DNA of 64,000 bases from Monocercomonoides exilis PA203 (Eukaryota > Protista > Preaxostyla), in assembly GCA_001643675.2 (NCBI GenBank), contig LSRY02000048.1:248001-312000 (forward strand), given 5' to 3'. A program made the translations under genes and the position numbers. Positions 13,741 to 25,481 of the stretch are shown piece after piece (within the stretch, counting starts at the first letter, position 1; the number at the start of each line of letters is the position of its first letter). The notes under the pieces are model-generated. The model saw only the letters and a program-made list of their open reading frames with translations, had not been told where the DNA came from and did no database searches.

Positions 13741-15464
13741 TTAAATCATCTCATCATCCTCATCCTCATCCCAATCATCTGCATCCAAATTCCCCTTCAT
13801 TCCATGCTGTCCTCCCAAAGAAGACGACGACTTGAACTGTGAATCACCCCCAGCTTTCCTCTGCTGCTTCTCCAGCAGCTTCTTCTCAAACAGCTCTGGC
13901 AGGTCTTTGTACCGCGGGTCGATGTCCAGATCTGAATCGCTGTCGTCAAACGACACTGCTTCTCCTTTCTTCCTCATCTCCTCCTTCATCTTCCTCCTGT
14001 CCTCTTTCTCCTGCTGCTTCCTCTTCTCCGCCTCTTCTCTCTTCGTCTGGTCTTCGCTCAGCTTCCTCTGCAGATACTCAGCTTTCATTCTGTTTCCTCT
14101 GTGCTTCGCTGAACCCAGCGCCGACGAACTGGCTGTGCCTGGGCGCGACCTCTGCTGCAGCGGTGGGACGGTTGCTGTTGTGGCAGAGGCAGACAACGAG
14201 CCAGAGGAGCTGTCAAACCTTCCTTCACTTGCTCCTCCTCCTTCTCCGCCTTCTTCTTCCTCTTCTTTCCGCTCAGCCATCTCGTCGCTACCGTCTGCGC
14301 CGTCATCTTTCGTTCCGCTGATAAACTCCCACTCTTCAGGCAGAACAGGCTCTCCATATGGAAGCCCCTTCTCGAAGTAGACAGAGAAAAGCGAGGAGAA
14401 ATCTGCAAAGTCAAAACGACCGTTGTGGTTGAGGTCAGGCGCATTCATAAGGAATTCGATGTCTTCCTGAATTTGACATAAGGTGGGTGAGTGGGAGAGA
14501 GAGGAGGGGATGTTATAAAATATCATTGATTTAACAACGTTAATTGAAAATGCAGAGAAATAATATTTAAAGAAATTAATTATTTCATTCAAAAAAAAAA
14601 AAAAATTGAACAAAACCTCATCCAATTCTTCGTCTGGAAAGGCTCTTTTGAAAATAGCTACCATGTCATCTTCTGTAATTTGATCGTCAAGCTTTCTTTT
14701 TTTGCCTTTGTTTGCAACATTTTCCTTTTCATTTGCTCTTTCTTTCTCTTTCATTCGATCTTCCTCTTCAAGTCCAATTTTTTTATTTTCTTTTTCTTGT
14801 TTTTCTTCATCATCCAGCCATTCATCATCATCTTCATCGTCTGTTTCATCTGGAGATTTTTGTTGATCTCCAAGTTTTTCCATTTTTTTTCCTTTTCCAT
14901 CATTTAAACCTAAATCTTTCTTTATCGAATTTTGGCGTCCTTTTTCACCAAATTTTCCCCGTGAAGTGAAAGAAGCTGCAACAGGAGCTCCTGTAACCAA
15001 CTGAGAAAGAGGGTCATGACGAGGTCCTTTAAAAAGCTGAAAAGCAAATGATTTGTGTTTAAAAGCAAAAATTCGTTTATCATACGTTGAATGCTTCTTT
15101 CAAGCAATCAAATGATCCGGATTCGTAATATTTCATCTGGTTAATAAGCTGCTCCAACGTTATTGTCTCTGTGTCGCCCAATATATCTGAATATTGAGAC
15201 CAAGCAGTTGGTTTTAAACTTTTGATAACTCGCTCAAGATCAGCTTTGGTTATAAAACCTTTCATAAAAATATAATCAAAATTAAGAGTGATACAGATGT
15301 TATAAAAATCTTTATTATGAAAAAAAACCTTTGCCTTGAGAAAGATAATCGAATGCAACTCGTATTTCATCTTCATTAACAACAACTGGACGTGTGCTAC
15401 CCGTAAGATGAGGAGGAAAATGTTTCGTCCCGGGCTGGACGATGGGCGTTGGTTTCATTGTCAT
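13741..15464 (-). CDS. Calmodulin/centrin-like EF-hand protein with a large insertion in EF3 and a charged C-terminal tail
   Basis: Spliced model: EDEIRVAFDYLSQGKGFITKADL...CLKEAFNLF[insert]ITEDDMVAIF...EDIEFLMNAPDLNHNGRFDFADF. Three GT-AG introns, including an in-frame one at 14467-14616. Confidence 0.75.
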
Positions 15465-15698
15465 TGTGTATGAAAGTTTTTTTCACTAAATACACAAACA
15501 GTTTGTGCAAGATTATGGTAGAACAACCTTTACAAAAATTTTCTTGAAAATGCGAATCTGATTATTGCGAAATTCTGAATATTCGTTCGATGTTCGAGCA
15601 GGAAAAATAACGAGAGTTGGTAGCAATCCAAAATTACTTTGAAAAAAGTATATAGCTTAAAGATTATCTCTTTCGTACTCTATTTCCTTCGATTTTGA

Positions 15699-17575
15699 AT
15701 GTCTCAGTCAACCTCGAATTCAACTCTTCCAAGCACTTTACAACAAATTCCTACTGATGGAGACGATGGATCGACTTGTGGATTTCATAAAATGAAAAAA
15801 TCAGATTTTTGCACCATTTGTCAACTCTCTGATGAAGGAGAATTTACTATATTGCCATGTGGACATTCCTTCCATCATTTATGGTTTAACTTATTGATTT
15901 CTATGTTAATTTTATTTATATATTTAACTTATTATCTTGTATAGTTTCATTCAATGGCTTCATTTTAACAAAAGAAGATGGTTTGCTCATTTTTTCCCAA
16001 TCCTTTGAAATATTTCGAAATTTATTGTGTTTTCTTGATTGTTTAAAATCACTTAATTAAAGTCCTAATTGCAATGTTGAATTTCCACTTGAGCCTTGCA
16101 AAGATATAATGTGGTCAATTCGAAACATTGCTCTTTCTTGTGTTCCAACGGCTGAAGGAGCAAAAATTAGAACCCATGGATGGTACAACATCCAACTTCA
16201 AGTAATACCTCCACCGAATGTTATAGTCAATCAAGTGAAATACGTTTTCCATCCTGCATTCAACATTTCCAAGTTGATCATGAAGAGGGAGCCTTATGAT
16301 CTTCTTGTTAAACTGTGCTCTTCAAATGTATATGTGCTCATCGAAATTATATTTAATGGCAATCAAGTCTTCACTATCGCCCACAAGCTCGAAAAGGAAG
16401 TCTGCACGCGCCACTACTTCCACAAGGAATTTAACGGGCTATCAATTGACCAGCTCATGCAGCAAGCAGAGCAGGCAAAAGCTGCTTTGAAGAAACCGCT
16501 GCAGTCGCAGCTGATCACTTTGACGAATCCGCCTCCTCAGACAAGCCAGTCGCCGTCGAATTCGTCCGCAGCTTCGAATCCTGAGGCTGCCATCTCTTCG
16601 TTTCTGGCGACGTGCGATTTGTCGAAGATTCAGTCGATGGACCCGTCGGAGATTGTGGGGACGGTATGAAAATGGGGAAAAAAACATTTTTTTTTTTTTT
16701 TTTTTTTTTTATTTGAGTTTTAAAATATTTCATTATATTTATTCATTATTATTATTTATTTGATTTATTAATGAATTAATTTTTTTGTTCATTCATTCAT
16801 TCTTCTGAATCATTGTAATTATTTGTTCAATGAATTTAAATCTATTCCTGCATGTATATCAAATGTTTCATTATACGTTATTCAATAGAACATTGACGTC
16901 AGCAAGCATTTCTCTAATCTACTGTCTTTGTATCACCGACCTGCGGATTATTATGCGTCTCCTGTCCCATCTTCTGCTTCGTCTCATTCAGGTTTGCTTT
17001 TATTTTAAAAGAAAAATAATTTTTTATTTTTATTGTTTTTCATTATTTTAATTAAAAAAATAATATTTTATTTGATTTTATTTGATTTTCATTATTTTTA
17101 TCACATTTATCAATTTGATAATTTATTATTTTATTTTATTTATTTATTTATTTGACCTTTGTGCATTTTTTGAATGATTAATTCTGAATATTCTCTAACA
17201 GGACAATCGGATTCTGCAACATCACCAAATGGAAAAGAAAAAGAAGGTTTCGAATTAATTTTTTATGTTTTATTTCAGTTTTAATTGTTTTCTTAAATTT
17301 GTTTCTCTTCATTCATTTCAACAATTCTTAATGGCAAACTTATCTTTAATTTCTTCTTCTCTTCTTTAATTCTTTCTTTCTCCTTTTCTCTTTCTTCTTT
17401 CTTCTTCTTCCCCACTTTGTCACATTCCTTAAAACTCCTTCTCCAAATCCATTCTTTCTTTTTCTTTTTCCTCTCTCTCTCTCTCTCTTTCTCTTTCTCA
17501 CTCTCTCTTTCTCTTTCTCTCTCTCTTTCTCTTTCTCTCTCTCTCTCTCTTTCTCTCTCTTTCTCTTTCTCTCTT

Positions 17576-17609
<34 letters not shown>

Positions 17610-17921
17610 ATTCTTTCATTCTTTCTTTCTCCTTCCCTTTCTCTCTCAGAACCTCATCATTATCCTCTCAATGTCACCCCTGGAACCCCTCTTGTTCCCC
17701 CTTATCGCAGCCACCCTCTCAACCAGTCTGCCACTTCACCTTCTTCTGCCTCTAATACTTCTTTGAATTCTTCTTCTTCTTCTTCTTCCTTAAATTCTTC
17801 TTCTTCTGCCTCTTCTTCTTCGTCGACATCTTCCTCTTCTCCTTCTCCTTCTCCTGTTGGTGCGTTATCTCCAACATCTGATTCTAGGATTTCTCCAAGT
17901 TCTTCATCATCATCTTTTTCT

Positions 17922-17953
<32 letters not shown>

Positions 17954-19229
17954 TTCCTCTTCCTCTTCTTCCTCTTCTCTTTCTCCTCAGCAGCGCAGTT
18001 CTTCCTTTGCCTCTGTGTCTGCCTCTGCCTCTTCGCCTCATCCTTCTCCGCCTTCCATCACACGCAGCAGATCTTCCAGACAGTCGCTTTCAATAAACAG
18101 AGGAAATAACTCGGTTAATTCAACAAATTCGGCAAATTCATTAAATTCTTCTTCCTCCTCCTCATTTTCTGCATCTTCTCCTTCATCATCATCATCATCG
18201 TTATCAACAACAACACCTTCTTCTTCTTCTTCTTCTTCTTCTTCTTCTTCCCATTCAACCCATGCTCCTCCTCCACCACCACCTCCTCCTCGTTCCTCTT
18301 CTTCCTCTTCTTCTTCCTCTTCCTCTTCTCTTTCTTCCTCTCATTCTTCTCAATCGTCTTCTTCTTCCTCTTCTTCTCATTCTTCTTCTTCTCCCCGTCG
18401 TTCTTCTTCTTCTTCTTCTTCTTCAAATCATCGCCCTCTTCGCTCCAGAAGCTCTCACAATCCACATAATTCTCACAATTCTCGTGTTTCTCGTGTTTCT
18501 CATTCATTTGTTGATCCGGGTGCTTCTCTCATTCCCCCAGACATCATTTTGGATGGCGTCGACTTGAACGACGAAGAAGTGCAGATGGTGTTGAGCGCAG
18601 TGGTTGCTCATGATAACATGCTGATGATGCAAGAAGAGGAGGAAGAGGAAGAGGAGGAAGAAGGAGAAGGAGATGGAGATGGAGAAGAGGAAGGAGAGGA
18701 TGAAGAAAGAGGAGAAGATGCTGATCTGATTGATATTCTTAATGATGGAGAAATGGAAGTGACGAATCGAAGGGAAGAGATGAATGGAATGGAGATGGAA
18801 GAACACGAAGAGGGAAAAGTGGAAGAAAAAGAAAGAGAAGAAGAGAAGGAAGAGGAAGGAAGGATGGAAGCAGAAGGGTTTTCAGCAAGTTTTGTGTCAA
18901 ATGGAAGCAACCGGATGGTTCATGATGAAGAAGAAGAAGAAAATGTTGTTGATGATGATGGTGATGAAGCAGAGGAAGACAATAGCAGTGCTATGGATGT
19001 TGAGCAGAGTGGAGATAATCGCATTGGAAGTGGAAATGGAAGGAATGTGATGGCATCGTCATCATCATCATTTAATTCTTCCTCTTCTTCTTCGTCATCA
19101 ACCTCACATCTTTCCCATTCATCTGCTTTTGGAACAGACACAGTTTCGTCGCATATACCAAACTCACGCACAGGAAATAATTCTCGTTCGAATATGGACG
19201 TGGAGACACATGCAACATCAGCAGCTTGA
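15699..19229 (+). CDS. RING-H2 E3 ubiquitin ligase with YEATS-like domain and Ser/acidic low-complexity tail
   Basis: Introns 15884-15944 and 15981-16062 each split a Cys codon; splicing rebuilds CTIC...PCGHSFHHLCFIQW...RRCPNC. Then THGW...VNQVKYVFHPAF...EPYDL...IEIIF...IAHKL. Further exons at ~16889-16991, ~17202-17246 and ~17650-19229 join in frame. Confidence 0.8.
17465..17645 (+). repeat. (CT)n/(CTTT)n intronic microsatellite
   Basis: Directly visible pyrimidine repeat inside the last intron of the RING gene. Confidence 0.9.
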
Positions 19230-19605
19230 GTCAAAATGATAAAAAAAACAAAAAATATTTTTTTGGGTTTTGTTTAAAATACTTTTTATTTGGTAATGTT
19301 CCCGTTTTCCCCTCAAAAATGAAAAGAAAAAGAATTAATTTTTTAATCTTATTTTTCTTTTTGTGGTCTTGCTGTTTTTCAGGCATATGGTTTATTTTAT
19401 TGTGATTGGTTGGATTTGCAATCATTATTGAATTTTTTGAATTTTTAATTATATTTTTTTGAGTCTCTGTTATCGAAGCAGTCTAAGCATTGATGTTTGA
19501 ATCCATTCAATTCGGATAGTATTGCTCACTTGATGTGCACCCTTCTTTTTGTTTGTTTTGTGAAGGGTGTACAACTTTTAAACAAAAAAACAAAGACAGT
19601 TATTG

Positions 19606-19908
19606 TTTCTATCATTTCAAATCAAATGGCAGATGAAAGAGATGAAGGAACAGTTTGAAAAACACAAAAATAAACGTGTTAATGTGTTGAGTCAAACTTA
19701 TTGAATTGATGAAATGATTAACAAAAAACAAAACAAGCATGAATGTTGCACAATTAGATGAATTCATTCAAGATTGAATAAACAAGTGTTGCAAGAAGTT
19801 CATGATGCAAGTTTAGCGTGCATGATCAGTTAACAATCACTTGTTATTCAATTTCTCAGCTAATTTTTCAGCGTTCAACGGGAAACAACAACAATTTGAA
19901 ATGTGAAA
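19606..19908 (+). ncRNA. Candidate structured non-coding RNA or structured UTR (family unassigned)
   Basis: Long imperfect hairpin 19741-19877 with G-U compatible pairs on the + strand, enclosed by CATTTCAAAT (19613-19622) / ATTTGAAATG (19894-19903). Confidence 0.3.
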
Positions 19909-19973
19909 GAAGAAATCTGAAACGAAAGGGGGAAAAAAAAGATATTGTAAATTGAAAAGAGAAAAAAAATGAC

Positions 19974-22042
19974 TCATATCAAGTCATCGTCTTCATCAAG
20001 CGATGCTATTCTCCTCAAGTTCTTCCTCTTCGGTGGTATCTCATCTTCTTTCTTGCTATTTTCCTCTGTCTTCAGCACTTCATCCAATCTTCCTTCGAGC
20101 TCAGCCAAAAGCAAATCCGGCTGCTGTGAAGCACCATCATCATCCCCTTCTTCTGCGTTTCCTTTTGCATTTCTCCTCTTCTTCTCCGCTTCTCTCTCTC
20201 TTTCTTCTTCCTCCTGCTGTCTTCGGAAATCGTCTTCCATCTCAAGCAGCGCCTGCCTCCTCCTCCGTTTCCGCTCTTCGTGACTAAGTACTTGCTCTTT
20301 ATCTCCAGTAGAGTTTTGTTCTTTTGCATTTTTGCTTCCAGATGCTGATTCTCCCTTTGCTCCTTCTGTTGCTCCTTCTCCTTTCAGTTTTCCCTGGCTT
20401 TGCTTGGTAAGTGCTGTGGTTTCTTCCTGTTTCTTTTTCTGCAGCAATTTGAAACGGTTTATTCGTGATGCTTGTTTGCTTCCTTCTCCTTCTGTTGGCT
20501 GGTATGTCGAATCGGATGCAGTTTTTTTGCTGTCGTTTTCTTTCGCTGGCTCATCTGCTGCTTTCTTCATTCTCGACATGAACAACGTGAAAACATCTCC
20601 TTCATCGTTGTCTCCATTTGTTTGATTTGAATTGCCACTGCTGATGCTGTTATGTGCATTTGCTTCATGCAACGCTTCCAATTGTGCTTGTAACGCTTCT
20701 TCTTCATCAAGATTCTCTAATTGCTCTTCTTCTTCTTCTTCTTCTTCATGTTTCTCTTCTTCTTTCTCACTTTTCTGCTGTTTGTTGTTGTGCTTTTCTT
20801 TGCTAATACCATCCTTTTCCATCAATTCCACTTTACCAGTTTCATCGAATTCAATTTCCTCTTCTTCATTCTTCGGTTTTCCTAATGTCTTCTTCACTTT
20901 CTCGCCAAGTGGATCGTCAATGTCAATATCTGATTCTTCTTCATCCAGCTCGTCTTCCATAGGCTCGTCATTCGAAATGTGCCGATTCCGCGATATCGTC
21001 GACAGCCGGCTTGATATGTTAATGAGTGAATTCTGCTCCGCGTAATTATTTTTTTGTTTGTAGCAATAAAAAGAGAAATTTGACAAAGGGAACAAAAGGT
21101 ATTTCAAAAAAAAGAAAAGAAAAGAAAAGAAAAGAAAATCATTGCCAATGAGGGTGATTATGAAATTAAACAAACTCTGATTAAGTCATCAGTGTGAAAT
21201 GCATCCAACTTTCCCAGAAATGTCGCGAACGTAAATGAAGGTGCAACTGATTGGCTCCATAAATAATAAATATTTAACAAGTCAACAATGTATTTCAGCT
21301 GATAAAACAGTTTTGAAAAAAATGAAAAAAAATGAAAATCAACACAAAATAAAATCCATACTTCTCCGCCCTCTGAACAAACAAGATTTGCTGATGTTAT
21401 TGAAGACATAAGAGCTTCTAGCCCAATTGTTTTCGATGCAATTGCCTCTGGATATATTTTTTTTCTCAGTATCGTTGGAATTTTTCCAAGATAAATTTCA
21501 TTCTCTGGATTTCCGCTTGTCTGAATCAATCCAGATAGCGCAGATTTGTTCTTGTCGGACTTGTGCTTTTCAGGCTTTGAAGGATCATATTCTTCACTGC
21601 TGTCATCCAAGTCGAACGAATCTTCTTCATCTTCTTCGTTTTTGTTATCTTTTTCCTCGATTGTTTGTGATGATTTTTCGTCTTTTTGCTTAGAGGGACG
21701 TAGTTGGTTGAACAGTGATGGCTTCTTCTGAGAGGAAAATGCTGATGACTCAGGAAGACCCAATTTCTCTCGCTCTTTCTGAACGCGCTTTTCTAGTCGC
21801 GCTTGTTCCACAGCATTTGTTAGCTCTATGAGGTGCCTTGATTCGTTTCTCATCCAATTTGTTGATGCATCGGCTGTCGTGCTTGTAAACACAGTATCCT
21901 TTTTTGCTGAAGGAAGTTTTCCTTTGAGCCTTGATGCGCGAGAATTTCGTAAAACTGAAAACTTAGATTGTGCTGAAACGAAAGGTCTTCGTTCTGTGCC
22001 TCTGCTGAATCCTCTTCCCCAATTTTGCCCAAATTGAGACAT
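19974..22042 (-). CDS. Swi3/Csm3/TIPIN-domain replication fork protection protein with long charged extensions
   Basis: After removing intron 21299-21361: KKIYPEAIASKTIGLEALM...GGELKYIVDLLNIYYLWSQSVAPSFTFATFLGKLDAF. This fits the Swi3 pattern GLxAL...GHE..DL..LL..Y..W....P...F..F...E.L. A second intron (donor 21175) joins the acidic ORF ending at 19974. Confidence 0.7.
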
Positions 22043-22504
22043 TTTCAAAAAAATAAAAAAATTAATTATATGTCAAGCAAATGTTTATTTCTCTCGAATA
22101 GTTAATGCTTTATAATGTTAAAATGAAATGCGAACCTTTTCTGTATTCAATTGCAGAAAGAGCAAATGCACATGATTTGATAAGATATAAACAAGTCTCC
22201 CAAATGATTGATAAAAGAATGAATATTAATCTTTCAAAATTTTCCAAATGCAAATTAACTTTCATAAAATTTTAACAAAAAAAAATTGGCAGGGACTTGA
22301 CTTTTCAAGCAATCAATACAGTTCCCAAAGAAATCTGTATTCCTTTGCATAAACATTTAACAGTATAAATATGAACATGTTGATAAAAAATAAAAAAAGG
22401 AAATAAAGATAAGGAGAAAAATAGATCGAAAGAAAGCTATTCTGTCATAGCGATAAAAATAAACAAATTTCAAATTCAAAAAGCATCAAACAATGAAAAA
22501 TACA

Positions 22505-22780
22505 TATGGGACAAAATATTGCACTTCATGCTTTTTCACAGAAAAATTATGCACTTTTTATTGACTTTTTAATATCCATAAACACAACAAAATTGGGTCC
22601 ATTTTTTTAAACATTTGTTATATGTTGGAGAACTTTATGTTTTGATTGCAACGATGCCTATTTACGGATCAGAAAATCAAATTTATTTTGAAATTTGAGA
22701 AAGAGAAATAAAGTTATGAGCGAAACAATTTTTTCATGCTTTGTGCATAAAAAGCTTGAAAGTCCGTATTTTCCCCCATA
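22505..22780. mobile_element. MITE (~275 bp) with degenerate TIRs TGGG...CCCA flanked by TA
   Basis: Left end TATGGGACAAAATATTGCACTTCATGCTTTTT versus reverse complement of right end TATGGGGGAAAATACGGACTTTCAAGCTTTTT. A related end occurs at 55815. Confidence 0.6.
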
Positions 22781-24955
22781 TAGACAGGGACAAAACCCGG
22801 GACATTTTGTGCAGTTTTCGTGAACTTTAAAAACTCTTTGATTAGTTATAATATTCACCTTTTAAATATAATTATTTTTTCTAAAAAAAGAAAGGAACAC
22901 GCAAGAGTAATTTGTTTTATATTCCTCAATGATATGATAGAAAAGAAGTTTGACATCAAAAGAGGAACAGAAAAAAATAATAGTTCAAAATTGAAAGAAA
23001 TATAAGTTCTCATAAAAAAGAAATAATTTGCACCTCATCAAAAGAATTATGAACCAAAAACAAAAGCTGAACCCCATTTGCTTTCTGTAGTTTTCTTTCT
23101 TTTTCTTTTCTCGCTTGGAAACAGTATCTCTTCTTCCAAAGCGTTTGATAGTATTTCTGGATATTTTGTTGTGTCTGATATTTTGATAGAAACCTCTTCA
23201 CGAAATATAGGTTTCTTTCTTTGATTTCGAAAGTTGATGCTTTCATCAGGAAAAGAAATGTCAGTGCTTGAGTGAATAATAACAGATGACTCCTTTTCAC
23301 AAGATTTTGAGACTTCTTGTTGAGTGTCAGAGTGAATCGTTGTTATTATTTTCTTTTTTTCTAATTGAACTGAATAGTTTTTGTAAAAAGTGTCTCCAGT
23401 GATTAGTTTCATACTGATATTATTGGCAAACCCTGAGCAACTTAATAAATTCACGTTTTCGGTTTTTTCTGAGATTTTTTGAATACACTGATAGACTTCA
23501 GATGGATCGAATGGATGAATTCCACAAGCTTCAAATGACTTTCTCACAATTCTCGGAGATAGAGAGTCGCAGACAGCTTCTGAAACAGCTGGAATCAATG
23601 CTTTTCTGTACGAAGAAATTGATGAATCAGAAGGGATCAAAAATGCACGTTTCAAGCTGTTTTTAAATTGCGCAAAAACGAACATATCCAAAGGTTGCGT
23701 TAGGGGAGTTGTGTGGGACGGAAGAATTAGAAGATGGATGTTGTTTTTCCTTCACCAAGCAATAACAGGTTGGCAAAGTCGAGAAGAATGACCATCGAGA
23801 ATGATTAATACGTAAGAAGATGGCCCGTGTAGTTCTACTCTTTTCTCATTTATTTTTGGTAAAAATTCTTCGATCATAATTTTTTCAAAATCATTCTTGC
23901 TCATCCAGCCAGTCCCGTTTGCAATGCAGTTTATTCGATGGGACTTTAAAACCTTCAAATCTTCAGACAGCTTCTGAGACGGTCACAGCATCACAGGATC
24001 CAGTGATGTTCCATCAGCAAAAATTGAAAAAAATAATGTCGTATTTTTTCTTCGCTGGACTTCTGGCAAGAGAGCATGCTGAGTTTCTTTAGTGACTACG
24101 ATTTCATCTTCTGACTGTTTCATAGTAACTCCGGTCTCATCCATATTGATTATCAAATCTGAAGAAATATGATAATCATCAATAACATTTTTTAATAGAC
24201 TGAACCAATTTCTCATATTTTCGATGTTTGAAGCTTTTTGTCGATGCATGTCTATGGATGTTGGTTTTATCAGTTTCAACAATCCGCTTTTATTTATAAA
24301 CCTGCGAGCCCATTTTGTGTTAATTTTGTGACACTTCAAAGATGGAGCGCTTTTCTAATTTTTTTTCATCATAACGTCTTCTGCCTATCAAAAAAATACA
24401 AAGTTAAAAAATCATTATCGAAATAAAACACACGTATTTTATGATATCCGAAACTGTCAATTTGTTGGAAGAAGATATTTGAGCTCTTGCGCAGTCTTCA
24501 ATTTCCTCATTTTCTTCTTTATTGAATAACCCTGGTCCACCTGAGCAGTGAGGATCTCTCTCAGCTTTTATTGATGCAACATGCCTGTAGATGGATGAAT
24601 GAGATATGATTTCTGCTTTAACCAAATCTGAAGGTTTGATTTTATATTGTTTAAAAAGATAATCAACTTTTTCTGCTTTTGAAGTGAGCCTGCGAAACTC
24701 TGCCGATGCTTTGATAGTAGATAATTTATTGGAAGAGAAAGAAGATGACATGTGAGTATCTTTAATTTGATTTATGGAAACTCGATCATGCAATTTGATT
24801 AAAGTTCTTTTTTAAAGAAGCAAATATTTTCGAAAGTGACAAAGGATTTAATCAGGATAATATATTGTGTGTCAATTATTAATTTGTTATTGTTCAAAAT
24901 AAACAATTATGAAATTTGTTCTCGACTGCAATGTCCCGGGTTTTGTCCCTGTCTA
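22781..24955 (-). mobile_element. pogo/Fot1-like (Tc1-mariner-pogo) DNA transposon with perfect 26-bp TIRs and TA duplication
   Basis: TAGACAGGGACAAAACCCGGGACATT at 22781-22806 and its exact reverse complement at 24930-24955; TA at 22779-80 and 24956-57; internal DDE_1-type transposase. Confidence 0.92.
23047..24751 (-). pseudogene. pogo-type DD35D transposase (HTH + DDE_1) with one intron and three in-frame stops
   Basis: Motifs INMDETG, GWM, IILDGHSSR, LPSHTTPLTQPLD; 35 codons lie between the last two Asp. ORFs 23983-24339, 23752-23958 and 23047-23691 share one frame, separated by TGA codons; a TAG lies at ~24355. Confidence 0.88.
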
Positions 24956-25481
24956 TATTTTCTTCAATGAAGCCACACAAAAAAAAAGATTTATCATGAA
25001 GAATTCTTTGTTTGTTGATTTTTGACAATGCCTTTTTTAATAATTTTAAATAAATCTCACAATTCACAAATGGATTATATTTGTAGGTTTCTCATTTTTA
25101 AGATATGTGATTTTTTTTTCGAAAAAAGTTAATCAACGATCTGGACAGCCATAACAACAAACTTGAGTTGTTGAATCACTATTCCTCTTTGTCATATCCA
25201 GCCAAAAATACAAATACCGAAAAAGATGGTGTGAACTATATAATTAAAAATGGTTGTTTAAGGTTTTTATTTGAATCAAATTATTATCTTCAAATATATA
25301 CGAATTTGATATGAATGATAAACTTGTGCTGCTTTCTTGCTGAAATGCATTTTAAAAAATGCAGATAACGAACAACTCAAATATAATCACAGGTTTGAAT
25401 AAGTTGCTGATTTGAAGACATGGTTGTTGCATCTCTGCTTTTAATTTTATAAATTCAGAATTTCTTGTTGAACTGGAAAAT

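Noticed and set aside
18560-18625. Ubiquitin-interacting motif in the RING protein tail (DEEVQMVLSAVVA)
   Set aside because: Lacks the conserved A-x-x-x-S spacing of a UIM; too weak to call.
19606-19908. SRP, RNase P/MRP or telomerase RNA
   Set aside because: No SRP helix-8 motif, no convincing P4 pseudoknot strands and no CCCTAA template seen.
19592-19925. U3 snoRNA (AAGAC-N13-ATCATTTC, TGATGA and CTGA spaced as in U3)
   Set aside because: Box A' TACTT and the GGATCA rRNA-pairing core are missing and I could not form the C'/D terminal stem. Kept only as an unassigned structured RNA candidate.
23047-24400. Alternative genetic code or stop readthrough to explain in-frame stops
   Set aside because: Host genes end at TAA (FKBP), TAG (cathepsin) and TGA, and the Gln-rich 3067-aa ORF has no internal TAA/TAG. 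The stops are better explained by pseudogenisation.
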